Below are positions 23,572-36,860 of a stretch of DNA of 64,000 bases, in pieces (position 1 is the first letter of the stretch; each line of letters opens with the position of its first letter). The notes under the pieces are model-generated. The model ran no database searches. It was not told the DNA's origin and saw only the letters and a program-made list of their open reading frames with translations. The translations under genes and the position numbers were made by a program. The DNA is from Amphiscolops sp. MND2022 (taxonomy: Eukaryota), in contig OZ076409.1 in the NCBI GenBank assembly GCA_964187785.1, positions 22,942,001 through 23,006,000 of the forward strand. Direction: 5' to 3'.

Positions 23572-26500
23572 ATGGACTCTCGACCAACTACACCTCTTGT
23601 GGTTGATCCCGGGGCTCAAAGTGGTCATGAAACCCCATTTGTGTTTTCCGAAGCAGATGTGCGCCGAAGCGATGCAGCTGATATCCGTCTGCCTGCGATT
23701 GGTAAGTTCATCATTCCTTGATCCTATAAGGTTTTGTGAAATACACTTTTAACATATTGGCCTTTTCCTGTATCTGTATTTCCACATCTTAGATTTTCTT
23801 GACGCGTCGATGAATGGAATGTGATTTTCAGTGCTCTGCGCTACACCTCCTCTTCTTTCCGTCCCCGCTGATTCCTCAGCAGAGAAAATCGTTGCTCAGG
23901 ACGTTGCTCCTGTACAGTTGTCCGTCCCTCATATTCTTCCCTCTGTGCCAGAGGTTGTCAGTTGTCAGTTCAACGTCAGCAACTCGGGTTGACACTGGCC
24001 TCCGAGAAGAGTGTGAAGTTGTTCCTGAGGCTCGTAAACTGGGCTTGTGGTGTCTTCCCCTAAAGTTCAGCAGATGTCTCAGAGTGTTCAAAAGAAATGT
24101 GTGTTGTCAATGGCCCCTCGTGGAGGCGAGGGAACATCCCCCGGCAAGAATAAAAACTGTGCAGGGGGCGCGTATGGTTTCTGGTGTGGCTTCCTCAGAT
24201 GTCTCTCTTCGCTTCTCATCATTTCTGTCACGGTTTGTCTAGGACATGCCAGAAACGTGCGGCTTCACATGCTGCTAAAGAAGGTTAGGTTGTTTATAAT
24301 TGGACTAGGGTTGTATTTTCTGATCAGGTTTTTACTATGTGAATTTCTAGTTGTTTGTAGTAGTAGCCGCTCAGCGTGAAACGTCAGGAAGCGTCGTCGC
24401 ATAAACTGTACACCCAGCAGACTGCAAGATTGTGCTGGTTCTAAGGGTAATGTTCAATTCACATAGTTTCTTAGGGGGGTTTGTCCTATTGTATTGCCAT
24501 TATGTTGTATTTTTATTGATAGTGACAGTGACGACTCTGAGGATTTTGCTCTGGCTGATATGGTCCACGGGGTCTCAGCGTTGGGCGGAATGATTACGTC
24601 TGGAGCTGAAGATCACAATGTGGAACCATTTATACTTAGTGAGTCATTTGTTGACTTTTACTCATGTTGTGCTCGTGTACGTTGTGTGTTGTCATCTTTG
24701 GGTTTGTTTGCATGCGCTTTTGAATTACGTGTTTTTGTAGGGATGCAGGCACTCGTGGCTCGCTTGGAGAGGAGTTTGAAGAAAGCAGTCAGTTCTGGTC
24801 CACGAGTACGCAAGTACAGTAGTCGTCATCACTTGAGGAAGGACATGGTTAGAGATCATCCAGTGCTGAGCGTGTTCGTCAGTGGAGCTAGTAATGCAGT
24901 TTCCACTCAATTCCATTGCATGATTTGCCGACGGGATGTATCTATGCTGTTCCGTGGCTCCAGGGAATGGTCGTCATTTTGCATCAAACAGACACTGGGA
25001 GCAGGATGTTGCTTGTCGTGTTCAGAACGATATGCCTACGTTCAACCGTCAAATGGAGCCCCTTGTTGTGACGTCTGAGCAGCGGACCAAATATATGAAC
25101 AGTGAGCGGTTGAATAAAGACGAGGGATTAAGTTTCTCAGAAGATCTGTTGCCCAGTTGTACTCGCGTGGAATTCACTGTGCCTTTGCTGACAATGGTAA
25201 CTTGCATTGCAGAGTTGTGTCGTTGTGGAGGTATTGTGCTTCTGCGAGGTATTGAAGTATCGAAAACTTAATGGCTACTCTGGGACGCAAAGACTCTCTT
25301 TACAATTTACAGTGGGATCGCTCTGAGACTCTGGTTGGTGTTTTTTTGCTTTTTTGTGTGGTTTCGATCGGGTTTTTGTTGTTTCAGTCGTTGATTTGTC
25401 GTGCTCTCTTCCCTAAGGTTCTGCAGTCTATGGTGTTGCGAGTTGTGAGGTTCGGCCATTACAGTGTGACGTTCGAAGAACGGTCAGATGGTCAGTACTG
25501 TTTCGTTCGCACATGGGAAGGCATTTCCTTACTGTGCCTGTGTGGGAATGTGGAAGCCCCTGGACAGCGTGTGCCTCATGCGGAATTATCGTCCCTTTTG
25601 CGAGTGGTGTCCAGTTTGCCCTCTGGATTGATGACTATCAGTATTCGTGGTGGGAGCCCGTCCTTGTTGCGAAATATGGGCGCTGAGCGGTCGGATGGAC
25701 GTCGTTTCATCGTTGCTCGAGAGTTTTCCTCGGAGATGTTTCTCCACTGGTACCGGGTGGCGCATCAAGAGATCTTCGGGATGTTAAAGGTAACCACCAT
25801 GATTGATTACCTGATGTTACGTTTGCGTGGGGCTTTGCAAGAGCCTTGGATGGAGGACGTCCCTGCGCTACGACGTTGCGTGGTCGCTGGTCGAGTGACT
25901 TTTGCCGAGCTTCGATCTCGTGATGTTTCTGATCTCGTGATTGTATGGGACAGAGTCTGTGCATATGTCCGCTACACTGGCCCTCGTCACATTAAAAGTG
26001 CTTTCGACAAAGTACGTCGCCTTCATTTTCGGTTTTTATTTGCGTTCTTCTTTCGCTGGTTGAGATTTACTATCCCTTTGGATTGTGACAGAAATTTTTG
26101 ATCGCTCGTTGCTTGTAATTTGTATATCATCTTTATTGACGTCCTTGTTGTTTTTAGATGCGGGGCACAGATTGTTTAGTGAATAGCGAGTTGACGAATA
26201 AACTTCGTTCGAAACTTCTGCTTCATATTCCTAATTTGTGTAAGTCATCAGTGTTGCATGATTGTTTCGGACTGGGCTTTGTTCTTGTATTCTGTTATTC
26301 CTGATTGATACTTGTGTTGTTTCTGGCCTTACTGTGTTCTTTGTTTTTCCTGTCCTGCTTTGGGTTATTATGTAGTTTTGTTTAGACCACACCACATTCA
26401 AGAAGCAGAGGGCGGGGCGAAGTGACTATGGCTTTCACGCGTACAGTGAAGTCTGCCAGTTCATTTACTGCCTTCTAACTCGCAGTCTGAAATTGTCATG

Positions 26501-27737
26501 TCTTCCAGAGCTCAACGACTGGGAGTCGTACATGGACGCATCTAAAGTTGCCAAGTTGGAAAAGATTACAACCAGTGAGTTCCTGTTGAATGACGATTTC
26601 GGGCTGGAAATGAGTCAGTCTAGTCATAGTGAAGTCTGTGATTTCCGCAATCGTTGTCGGGAGTTTGTGGATCATTCGGTGAACGTTTTGCTGGTTGAAC
26701 ACGTTCTGTCCGCAGATTTTTCCTACGGAATCTACTGCTTCTGTCCGGAACTCTTATTGGAGGGAGATGACCAGCGAGTCTTCCGATTTTTCTCCTGTTT
26801 AGTCCGTCTTTTTGAGCGCAGTCGTTGCGTTTCTAGTAAGAAGAGTTTACTACGTTTGTCGTGGATGTTCGGAAGCGGCACGCTGAGTCAGAGTTGAGTG
26901 CCGAGGATACTGGAGACGTAGTGACGTTTCTGTTGGCCGACTACAGTTTCACGTCACGAAAGCATTTGGTGGAAGTCTTCAAATTGTGCTGTTTTATTGT
27001 GGAACAGCCCCTCTTGTTTTGCCCGAGATTATCAAAGAATCGGATAATTGTGCTGTACCCCCCCCCGCTGTAGTGACGTCTTGTCTGAAAGGCGTTCAGA
27101 GTTTGGTGTCCTCTTCTTCGTATAAACAGGGTGCGTTCTTCACTGAGGGTACTATGGAAAAAGTCCGGGATTCCATTGCCTGTAGTCGTCAATTTATGTC
27201 TTCTTCGGCTTTTGATCCGTGGGATGTAACGCACCTGCTGATCGTACTGAGTTCGTCACTCGTCACACTGTTGCTTGTGATATCATTTTGGCGCGCAAGA
27301 ATGAAGAGGCTAAGGAAGGGTTACATGGAGCCAACCGTTCGCCACGTTTTGTACGTTTTGCTGCTTCCAGTGATTCATCTGCGTCTGGATCGGGAACTTT
27401 GCCAAGGACTCTAATCCCTGAGACATCTTTTGATTTTGTCTCGCCCAAAGCGATATCTACAGATTGTGGTAGCCCTGGCACTTCGAAAGGTGGAAAAAAA
27501 TCGTCCCGAATGACCTTGTAGTCTTTGTTGAATCCGGGGAAGACCGGTGAGAGAGTGGAGACAGATGCTTCTGAGGCGTTACGAAGGAGTGAACGGGAAT
27601 CAGTCAAGATGAGTGGTAAAGCAAGTGGTGATTCGTCAGTTGTCAGTAAGAAGAGTTCCGGAAAAGGTCGCGCTTCCGATTCAAGAAATAGTCCGAACGG
27701 AGTTACAGTCACTGAATTGATTTGCGTTTTGAATTGA
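23572..27737 (+). pseudogene. Antisense spliced BED/hAT-like gene of element A (frameshifted)
   Basis: FHCMICRRDVSM..RHFASNRH; introns 25334-25387, 26012-26157 and 26240-26385; C-terminal RKHLVEVFKLCC, FDPW and PGTS blocks shared with B and C. Confidence 0.8.
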
Positions 27738-27957
27738 ACCTTTGTTGCAGTAATTATTTATTTTCATTATTTGTTTCCGTCTTCGGGCGGTTGAGTATAG
27801 TTTTAGTTTTGTTGGAAAGATTTCAATTTGTATCGAAAAAAAAACGGAAAATTAAAGGAGAAAAGAAAAATTACGAAGGCCATAGTATGCCTGAATTAGA
27901 AAATTGGACAATTGTCAGGTTCGTTTGATCTGGACTCATGATATTGTTTTTTTCTCT

Positions 27958-30900
27958 TTATTGAGTCGAAGTCATAGCGTCACGTCGTCGAAAATCAGGA
28001 TTAGCATTAGGTTTCGGGTTAGGTCGTAAGTTGTATTTCGCTGTTTTTCGTGGATTATATCCGACGACTGTAGGCGGTGATTTGGAGGGAATAGGTGGAC
28101 TTTCAGTGGGTGCGGGGCGACGTATATATGGATTATCTTCCACATCTGTGGTAAGATTTGAGGATTCTGGTGACGATGATGTCGCGTCATTTGTATCTTC
28201 GCTTTGATTTTCTGCTTCATTTTGCGCTGCTTTTTCGTCATTTACGTCTATTACTTCCTGTGTTACAGCTTGTTGGTTATTGCTCGTGATATATGTTATG
28301 TTACGTTCATCTATTGGTTTTCCGAAGTCTAGCTCCCAAGAAACTGCATACCATTCGTTGTGCGACACTTTGACGTCCGGATCTGGAAGATATTCGTTTG
28401 ATCGTTCTGTGACGTCAGGCATGCGTTGTACTGGCACGTGAGGACGTATTCTGATTCTATGTAGTGTTTGTGTATATAGTGTGCCTATTTTCCGTATTGT
28501 ATAACTGTTATTTGATAGCACTTTTACCACTATGTACGGTTCTGTCAAGATGCAATCTTGAAATGCAAACTTTGTCGACTGGTTGTCGGCGTTCGGATTG
28601 AGGATATAGCAGTAGTCCTTTATTTTGAGCGGAGCTGCAGACGCTTTACGATAATAGTGTTTTTTGTATTTGGAGTAAGACAGCATGATATTGTCTTTTG
28701 CTGCCGCGCGCACTTCGTCAATTTGTTTTTGCAGCTGGTCGGCTATATCTGAGTTGGTTGTGGTTTTCCATTTTGGAAAGACGCCTACTTTTAAATCAAG
28801 CTTTTTGTAGGGTATTTGTCCGTGGAAAACTGTGGATGGTTTGCAACCTAGGGTTTCGTGATAGGTCGTATTTTAGTTCTTTACTGCAATTTGGACATAT
28901 TTGTGCCACATTGAAAGTCTCTTACCCGTCGATAATATTGAGGCTTTCTTGATAGAGGCATGAGTTTGTTCTAGGATTCCGATTGTATGTGCGTGTTTCG
29001 TAGACGCGTGACTGATTTGGATTTCTAGTATCTGCGTTATTTCTGCGACGACTTCTGATCTGAATTGTTATCCTTTATGCGATAGGATTAGTGTATGTAG
29101 ATTTGCGTGTCTCGTCATGACGTCGAAAAGACATCGTCCAATTGTCTTTGCTGTGGCGTTCTGCGTTGGGTATGCAAATAGATAGCGTGAGAATATATCG
29201 ATCACTGTCACGATGTTCTGATATCCTGCAGAATTCGGCAGATTTGGCAGATTTGGTAGTATGTTGATTTCTAGTATGTCTTCCGATCCCAAGACGTGTT
29301 CTGTATTGTTGATCATTTTTGGTCTGATTTGATTATTACTTATTCTTTTGTATTTGATGCAGTCTTCACATTGTTGTACCCATTGTTTGATTCTTTTTGC
29401 TAATTCAGTGTAGTAGTATTTTGATCTGCATTCTTGGATCATTTTTGTGATTCCTGGGTGTTTTCCCAATTGTCCGTGAATTGCTTTGAGAAGTTCTGTA
29501 ATTAGATGCTCAGGGATTAGTATTTGATGATGCGTGACTTGGCTTAGTATTTAGGCATTAGAATGCCATTTTTGACTATTAGTCTGTTTTCATGGACTAA
29601 GAGACGTTTCGTTAGTTTATAAGAGTGATTGTCATGTTCTTCACAGATCAGTTTTCTTTTGATTGCTTTGAAGACCAGATATGAGACTTTTTCGACTCTG
29701 ATACGTGCGTCTTCTTTGATTGCCTCAAAAGTGTATGATGCTTTATTTATTGGAATTGGGGTCGTTTTTTTGATGGACAGTTTTGTTTCTGTCGTTTCTC
29801 ATCGCGCGCATTCTGTCTTGCTTGTTCTTTTTGCAGTAGGATTTCTTCTTCAGTTTCGATCGTTTCTTTTGAAAGGAAAAAACTTGTTCTTCGTATGCGA
29901 CGTCTGTTGATTGTTGGTTGACTTGTATTGGTCGGATTGTGATGTCATTTTTGATTTTTAGCTCGACTCTTTCTTTAGGGTTGAGGTCGATTCGTGATAG
30001 GAAATTTGCCGCTGTGTTTTGCGTTCCTGCTACGTGCATGACGTAGAAATTGAATTGTAGCTCGTAGTCACATGCGCTCCATGATGTGGGGGGAATCGCC
30101 TTTTTTTAAAAACAAACGTTTTACCGATTGGTTGTCAGTCATTACCAGTGTAGGTAGAGTTGTCTCCCACAATAAATGGCTGTATTTGAGAAATGCATGA
30201 TATATTGCCAAAAACTCTTTACAACCAATTGACATTTTCAGTGGTGCTGGTGAAAACACCTTTGATCCAAATGCGATTTGATCCACATCGTTTTCTTCTT
30301 CAATCATTAGCGCAAATCCTGAGGCGCGGAAAATTGGCGTCCGTCATCAGGACGTATTGGCGTCCTGTGATTGGTTGTTTGAGAGCCAATCCACAAGCTT
30401 CGGCTAATGCTGCGTTGATCGCTTTGTAGTTGTCCAGCAGCTCCTCCGTTACTTTGAATTGTCTGTCTGCTATCAGGAGTTCAAAGAATCCATGCAGTTT
30501 TTCGGACAAACCCGGGATGTAGTTGCGGTAGTAGTTGACGAATCCGACTTATCTTTATACTTGCTTCTTAGATTTCGGGAAACGGACAGTTGCTAGGAAC
30601 TTTTGGATTTTGTGGTCTTGAGGATTATTTCTCGTGGTATGGTTCTTCCAAGAAAATCGACCTCAGTTACTGCGAAATGCCATTTATCGATAGATAGTTT
30701 GAGTCCTGCTTGTCTAATACATTCAAATACAGCTCGAATGTTGCGCATTAGTTGTGTCACAGAATTGGCGGCTCTTCCAATGTCGTCCACGTATTGCGCA
30801 CACTGGTCAGCTTTGATCACTTTGTCTAAGTACACCCAGATAAAACTTGAAAAAGCGGATAGGGCTCTATTTTCTCCTTGCGCTAGTCGTTTGTAGGCAA

Positions 30901-32935
30901 ACGTCCTGCTTGCGAAATTGAAAGCCAGCATTTCTATTGATAGTCGATCTGGCATTTGTAGGCAGTGATATGCCTGAGAGCAGTCTAGTGTGCTAAACAA
31001 CTTTTTACCAGCTAGGTGTTGTGCTGCATCGGATGACAGGGTGCTGACTGGATGATTATTGTTGATGTAATTGTCCGAGATTAGCGCCTTGATTTTTCGT
31101 AGGTCGACAAGTAGTCGCAATTTTCCATTTGGTTTGCGCTGCGCAGAAATGGGGCTTGCGTATTTTGAGAATGTCAGAGTCGCTAATATGCCGTACCTGT
31201 GCATTAGCGCTAATGCGAATGTTAGGTCTTCTTTCAAGTTAATTGGTACCGGTAAGCTTTCTGTATAGATTGGACGTTCATCTTTCGGAGTTAGTTTTAC
31301 ATTAAAGGTGTTGTTTATGCCTATGTCAAGTCGGTGACGCGCGAAAAAATCATTGTATTCAACTATTGTTTGCTCTAGTTGCTTCCTGTCATTTCCTTCA
31401 ATTTGGGAAACTTCCCATTGAAACTTTTGTAGAATTTATTTCCTTGATTCTTGGTCTTTGGTTGGATCTACTTCTTCTTTTTTAATGAGTTCAAGGATTT
31501 CCTTTAAAATTCATCGTTGGATTGGCGTATGCTCTTCTTCATTTCTTGGATTCTCAAGTGTAGGGAACCAAAAATTTTCATTGTTTTGTTCATTCTCACT
31601 GGATTTCATTAGTTCGTTCACATACATGTGAGTATCATCAGGGTCTTGTAATAGTGTCAATGCGGCGGCGTCAATGGGTCGTATCTGTTTCGTATCCTCA
31701 AGTTTGAGTGTTTGGAGTTTTGCCAATTTAGTATGGTTTTTTATTGTGTGAGGGAAGTCTGTCAAATTGGCCATTCTGATGTTTATTCTCTTGTTGTGGG
31801 CTGTTGCTAGTGCTGGAGTGACAATAATGGTACCTGTTTCATCGAATTGTGGTAGTGGTTGTATCGCACCAGTGATGTCATTTGTATTCGTGGTAGTTAC
31901 CATTCCGCTTACTGTTGTTGTTTGTCAGGGTAACAGCGTTTGATTGCTTTCTGCCATTATTTGGAGGGTATTAGGGTTGCAGTTTTTCATTTCGTCTGTC
32001 ATAGTCAACGTCATTTCGACGTGTGGGAAGTTGATGGTTCCGTTGGTTGTGTCTATTACCGCCTGATGGTTTCGCATGAAATTCAGTCCCGTAATGGGAA
32101 AAGACGTCTTTGATAGGATGACAAAGGTATCCGTGAACCTATAGGTCCTATGTTGAATTGTATGTCGGCTGTGGCTATTGGTTGTTCCAGCTGGGCATTT
32201 GCGCATTCTGTTTTGAAAGGAGGTTAGGGATACTCCTTTATGATGCAATTATCGCTGCTCATTTTGATTGCATTGTAATCCGACCACGACATCGCATTGA
32301 TGAAAACTCCTGAGTCGACGAGTCCGTCCATTGTTATTTCGCCAATTCCAAGTGGGAAGTAGAACATTCTACGTCGTTTTTTGAGTATTATAGTCGATTG
32401 TAGAGATATGTAGGTGTCTCCGTCTTTTTCGCCTATGTACTCTTTAATTGAGTTGAGTGATGCGGGGATTTCGTCTGGGAAGATAGGTCTCGTGGTGGTG
32501 CCGTAATTATTTTCCTCAGGTGGTTGTGACGATAGTTGTTCGTCGTTATCGTTTGTGTTCTGGTCCGGCGATGTTGCAATGGGTTGTTGTTCGAATGAGA
32601 AGGTTGACAGATCGTATATATCTGGTCTGTCCCATGGCTCGCATCTATAGTCTTTATCGTATACGTAGATTCGTTCTTGATCTGATTGTGATAGGGGTCT
32701 TTTTGTCGTCTTCTGTTGGTCGTTGGAGTCTTCTATCCAAGTTGGGTATTCCTTTTGTTGTTCGTGTTTGGCGTTATATCTTTTTATGGTGGCGATTGCC
32801 TGTCTTCGCAGCCAGTCCTCAGTTGCTATCCCATTGCATTGTAATTTTGACTCAGTGTTGTGTTTAGTTTGGGGGTCTTCGATTGAGTACGCCGTCGCGT
32901 CTACTGTTTTCCCGAAGCCAGGCTCAGCGTAATCA
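27958..32935 (-). pseudogene. pol: pol of element A (PR, RT, RNase H, integrase), decayed
   Basis: LVDSG protease; LDCSQAY/YVDD RT; MTDAN/KEFLAI/TDNQ RNase H; HPG..CEDC integrase zinc finger; EPYIVVK (GPY/F-like). Confidence 0.93.
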
Positions 32936-34198
32936 GTTTTTTGGTTCATCGGGAGTTTAGATTGTCGTTGGTTGGGCGGAGTTGTCCGTCTTTCGTTCTT
33001 GTTGGTTGTGACGCTTAGGTCGCGGATCGTTGGCAGCATTGGCTCCATTCCAACAATCTTCCGGTTTGTGGGGTTTGCCACAAGTGTCACATATGAGTGT
33101 GGTGCCTGCGCTTTTATTTGGGCCGTTGTGTCTTCAGGTTTGGAGCCACTTATATCTTCTCATCTTCTTACAATCGGCTTTGAAATGGCCGAACTTGTTG
33201 CAATAAAAGCAATATCCGTTTTTGGTGTTCTGAAAATTGTTTTCTGCTGGTTTGGTTTCAGTTTTTGATTGGGCCGGTTCTATTTTGTTGAGTGGAACGA
33301 GAATTACCTCGTCTGGTGCTCCAAGTCCGTTGAGTCTCATTTCTTTTTCCAGTTGAAGCACAATGTCATTATACGGCTTGTCTTCAAGGTATGCCCTATT
33401 GAGTATTTTCTTGACATGGTCGGGCAGTTTGGCGTATATGGCTTTGTCAATGAAATGTTGGGCTTCGGCACCGAAAACTTCTTCAACTGTTTTCTGGATT
33501 TCATCCAAGAATTCATATAATTTTTGTGTTGAGGTGTTAAATCTAAGTGTATCCCATTCACATTGCGCTTTTGCCATCGACAAGTAGTCGCCGAAGCGAC
33601 GTTTAAAAAAAGTCATGATTTCGTCCAACGAGTCGTTTTTGGTGTCATCTATTGTGCAGAACGCTTGTAGGGCGTCTCCTCTGAATAAGGAGTAGAAATC
33701 GTTGATTTTCTAAATTTCCGTGAGATGTGGGTACATCTTGATGTTATTACGCAAGAGATCCTCAAATAGCTCGAATTTCGCTGATTTCCCATCAAAAGTT
33801 GGGAGAGATGCTGTTGAGGTTTTCGGCATGGGTAACGTAGTGCCGTCGTTCCTATCTGTTGCGAAGAGCGTCCTGGCCACTACGGGGCGTTCTTTTGATG
33901 CCGGTTGGCTTGAGACCTTATTTTCGGTCTTAGGTTGAGTGATGGAGTAGTTTAGAACTCATGTCACAATGTTACGACTACTACACGGGTCGTTATTTTG
34001 AGTAGAGTTAATTCTAACTGACTTAGTAGGAGTATAGAAACTTTTGGTTTCGTTTTCAGTATCCTCATCAGGTTCTTCTCTGACATTGGTGTTTGTTTTA
34101 GCTTTAAGCAATTTCAGTATTTCCTTTTGGGAATCTGCTAAAAGACTCTTGAGCTCAGACGGTATTTCATCCTTCAAAGAAGTTTTCAATCTCTTCAA
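32933..34198 (-). pseudogene. gag: gag of element A (begins in the LTR), decayed
   Basis: FFKRRFG..AQCEWDTLRF capsid-like region, CFYCNKFGHFKADC knuckle, and a frame crossing the LTR end (..SRNIVT*). Confidence 0.85.
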
Positions 34199-34850
34199 GA
34201 CACTACTTTCAACTGTGTGGGATTTTGCCCTCGAACGTCCTGGAGAGCCGACGTCCTGGTCAACGGAGATGTTGTTTCCTATTACGATCGGTGAAACTAA
34301 AACTCACTAACACTCTCAGAGCTCTCCTGTTGATTGTGATCACTGATATCTTTATCAAAGTTGAGAAAAATGTTTAAAAGCAAAGAAAATGCAAAGCAGC
34401 TGGATTTCACAAATGAAAAAGACTGAATCCCCTTATCATCATCGCACATTGTATTTATACCCTCCTAGCATGATGTGATCACGATTGAATCCTCGAATTT
34501 CCACAAGTAATTAGTCACTTCCTGTATCTTCGATGAAAAAATTGTTTTGTTCACAATTTTAAGTCGATATTTCGTCAAATTTTGAGACACTACACTTTTA
34601 ACTTAGTATTAGTCATCAAATTTGATCATATCATTTCATCCCGACGTCCTTTTGTTTCCTCCCAAGCAGGAAGTAGTTATTACGTCGGTCTGTCAAACGG
34701 GATATGAATCCCTGTTTTTTTGCGTTGATTCGTAGGAAAATTGACGCTGAGATGACGCTGAGATGACGCTGACATGAATGACTAATACCTGATTTTGAAT
34801 TTTTAATCGAAGAAAAAATGAATATTTCGTTCGCTTGGAATATTTAGAGA
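33970..34850 (-). repeat. Truncated 5' LTR of element A, with degenerate PBS TTGTGACATGAGTT at 33956-33969
   Basis: Similar to 20252-21150. The PBS differs at 2 positions from B's TGGTGACAGGAGTT. Confidence 0.85.
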
Positions 34851-36165
34851 TAAGTCTGATCAGAAAAATTTTGTCCTTTGTTTTTAGATCACTTGAGGAA
34901 TCAAACTTTCCTCTGTTGAAACAAGCTTTTACACCCCAATTTAGTAGTTTCTCTAGCGTTGTAAATAATTGTGCGAAATTTCATTAAATAATATTGCTGG
35001 ATACAGGATATAGCTAATAACAAGAGAGTTGAGTAGCATTAGACATGTTTTATCTGGTAGAAACGAATTCACTGAATATAACATTTTATTACCACGCGCC
35101 ATTTTCTTTAAAATATTTTTCACTTCATACTCATATGTCAAATTTTGATCTAAAGATATTCTTAAAAACTTCACAAACGACGAATGCTTTGTCAAATGAT
35201 TTTTAACACGAAATGTTAGGTTTTTTGTAGAACTGTTATTAGATCTTTTACAGAAAACAATGGGTTCAGTTTTACTCTCGTTGAGGTTTAATCGATGCCT
35301 TTCAAAATAGTCAACCTAGTTGGCATCATTTGTTTCAAGTTGACTTTTGGCAGTATTGAGACATTCATTGGAGACAAAAAGAAAAGAGTCATCAGCATAT
35401 TGAACAAGTTCACATTTTTCTTGAATTGCGTTCTGCATACTATTAACGTGAAGATTAAATAGAAGAGAACAACTTTTTGCGTTCTGTTACTTAGGTAACT
35501 TTATTTTTAAAAATTAGCTATTTGATGGAATCCTAATTTTTCGAGTTTCACCAGAAGAAATTCGTGGGAGATGGAATCCAAAGCTTTAGATAGATCGAGA
35601 AAGGCTGCAGCTACCACTTTGTTATCATCAATATCAGATCTTTTTTCCGTAGCATACAAGAGAGCGTCTTGGCGCATGACATCACAATGATCGCCCAGTA
35701 AGTATTAGCCCACTTAGCCCTTGAACCAGTATGCGCGAGTTCGAATCTGTGACGCTTCTTTTTGATTTTTTTGATTTCCTTGTTCCCGTAATATTGAATT
35801 GTATTATCGATCAATCATACTATCTGACATTTAATCATAATGCTCATTTCTCAGATACAATTTATCTATCGTTGCTCACTTTCATGTACAGTATTTACAC
35901 TATTGTAAATGTTGTCCCTTTGGCTTTAAATGCCCAAATTGCTGGTTAACAACATGCCAACAACCTGTTGCCCAATATCATCTCTAAATTCACTCTTTTG
36001 TATTCATACAGTTACAGTCAAAAAACGGTATCAAATATAGTCTTTTTGTTTGAGGCAAGATCCAAATCATCAGAAGCTTGAACTCTATCTTTGAGTTCTC
36101 TCAATGTTTAGTTCGAACTCTGTCTTGAGTTCCCCCGTTGTAGCTTGAGAGCTACCCTGAAACAT

Positions 36166-36189
36166 TGGTGACCTCGACGTGATGTGAAC
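36166..36189 (+). other. Primer-binding site complementary to tRNA-Trp
   Basis: TGGTGACCTCGACGTGATGTGAAC right after an ..AACA LTR-like end; close to the complement of the eukaryotic tRNA-Trp 3' end (TGGTGACCCCGACGTGAT). Confidence 0.75.
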
Positions 36190-36226
36190 AGCAGAAGGTT
36201 CAGGAAGTGCAGACGGCTCTGGTGGT

Positions 36227-36860
36227 GTGCAGAAGTTGCCTCAACTGAAGCGATCACGAGGGGCTCATCGCGGCGTTCTGACAAGACGGGCAGCAGAAAT
36301 CCTGCAAGCCGGTGGAGCACTTGAAGATGTCCAACCCACATTGGAGTTCCTGATCGATCGTCGCAAGATGCTGACAGAGATGGATCCGCAGGTTCAACTC
36401 ATTGAAGACGACGATGAACCAGTAGCCGATGTGGCAGTCTGACCACGAAGTGGCAGTCTGACCACGATGTCTACCAAGCTGACTCTTCCTTCATTCAGTG
36501 GTGAATGCACGCAGTGGGTCTCTTTCTGGCGCCAATTGACAACTCTCGTTGACAGCAAGAGTGATATGACCAACGTACCGACGTTGAGAAGCTATCCTAC
36601 CTCAAGTTGTCACTGGAGGGTGATGCAGCTCAGGTAGTTTCATCTCTGTTGGTCACTGATGCAAACTACGACATCGCGAAGCAAAAGCTAGAGGAGCGCT
36701 ACAACAACAAGCGTTCAATCGTGAAGGCGCACTTAGCGGCAATTCATGCCCTACCAGCCATTAAGAAGGAGTCAAATGCCGAGCTGCGCAAGCTGTTGGA
36801 GTCGACGAACGAACATGTGCAAGCACTAGAAGCATCGATGTTGCCAGTCAACCAGTTGTC
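36227..36860 (+). pseudogene. gag: BEL/Pao retrotransposon gag fragment (DUF1759-like)
   Basis: KLTLPSFSG..WVSFW and SLEGDAAQVVSSL..NYDIAKQKLEERY downstream of the Trp PBS. Confidence 0.75.

Larger units (their letters stand above)
20252..34850 (-). mobile_element. Element A: decayed large Ty3/Gypsy LTR retrotransposon, 5' LTR truncated
   Basis: Direct repeat 20252-~21150 / 33970-34850 and gag-PR-RT-RH-IN order with many stops and frameshifts; carries the antisense BED gene and acidic ORF. Confidence 0.92.

Noticed and set aside
35688..35765. tRNA gene
   Set aside because: Only a B-box-like GTTCGAATC and a T-run; I cannot fold a convincing cloverleaf.
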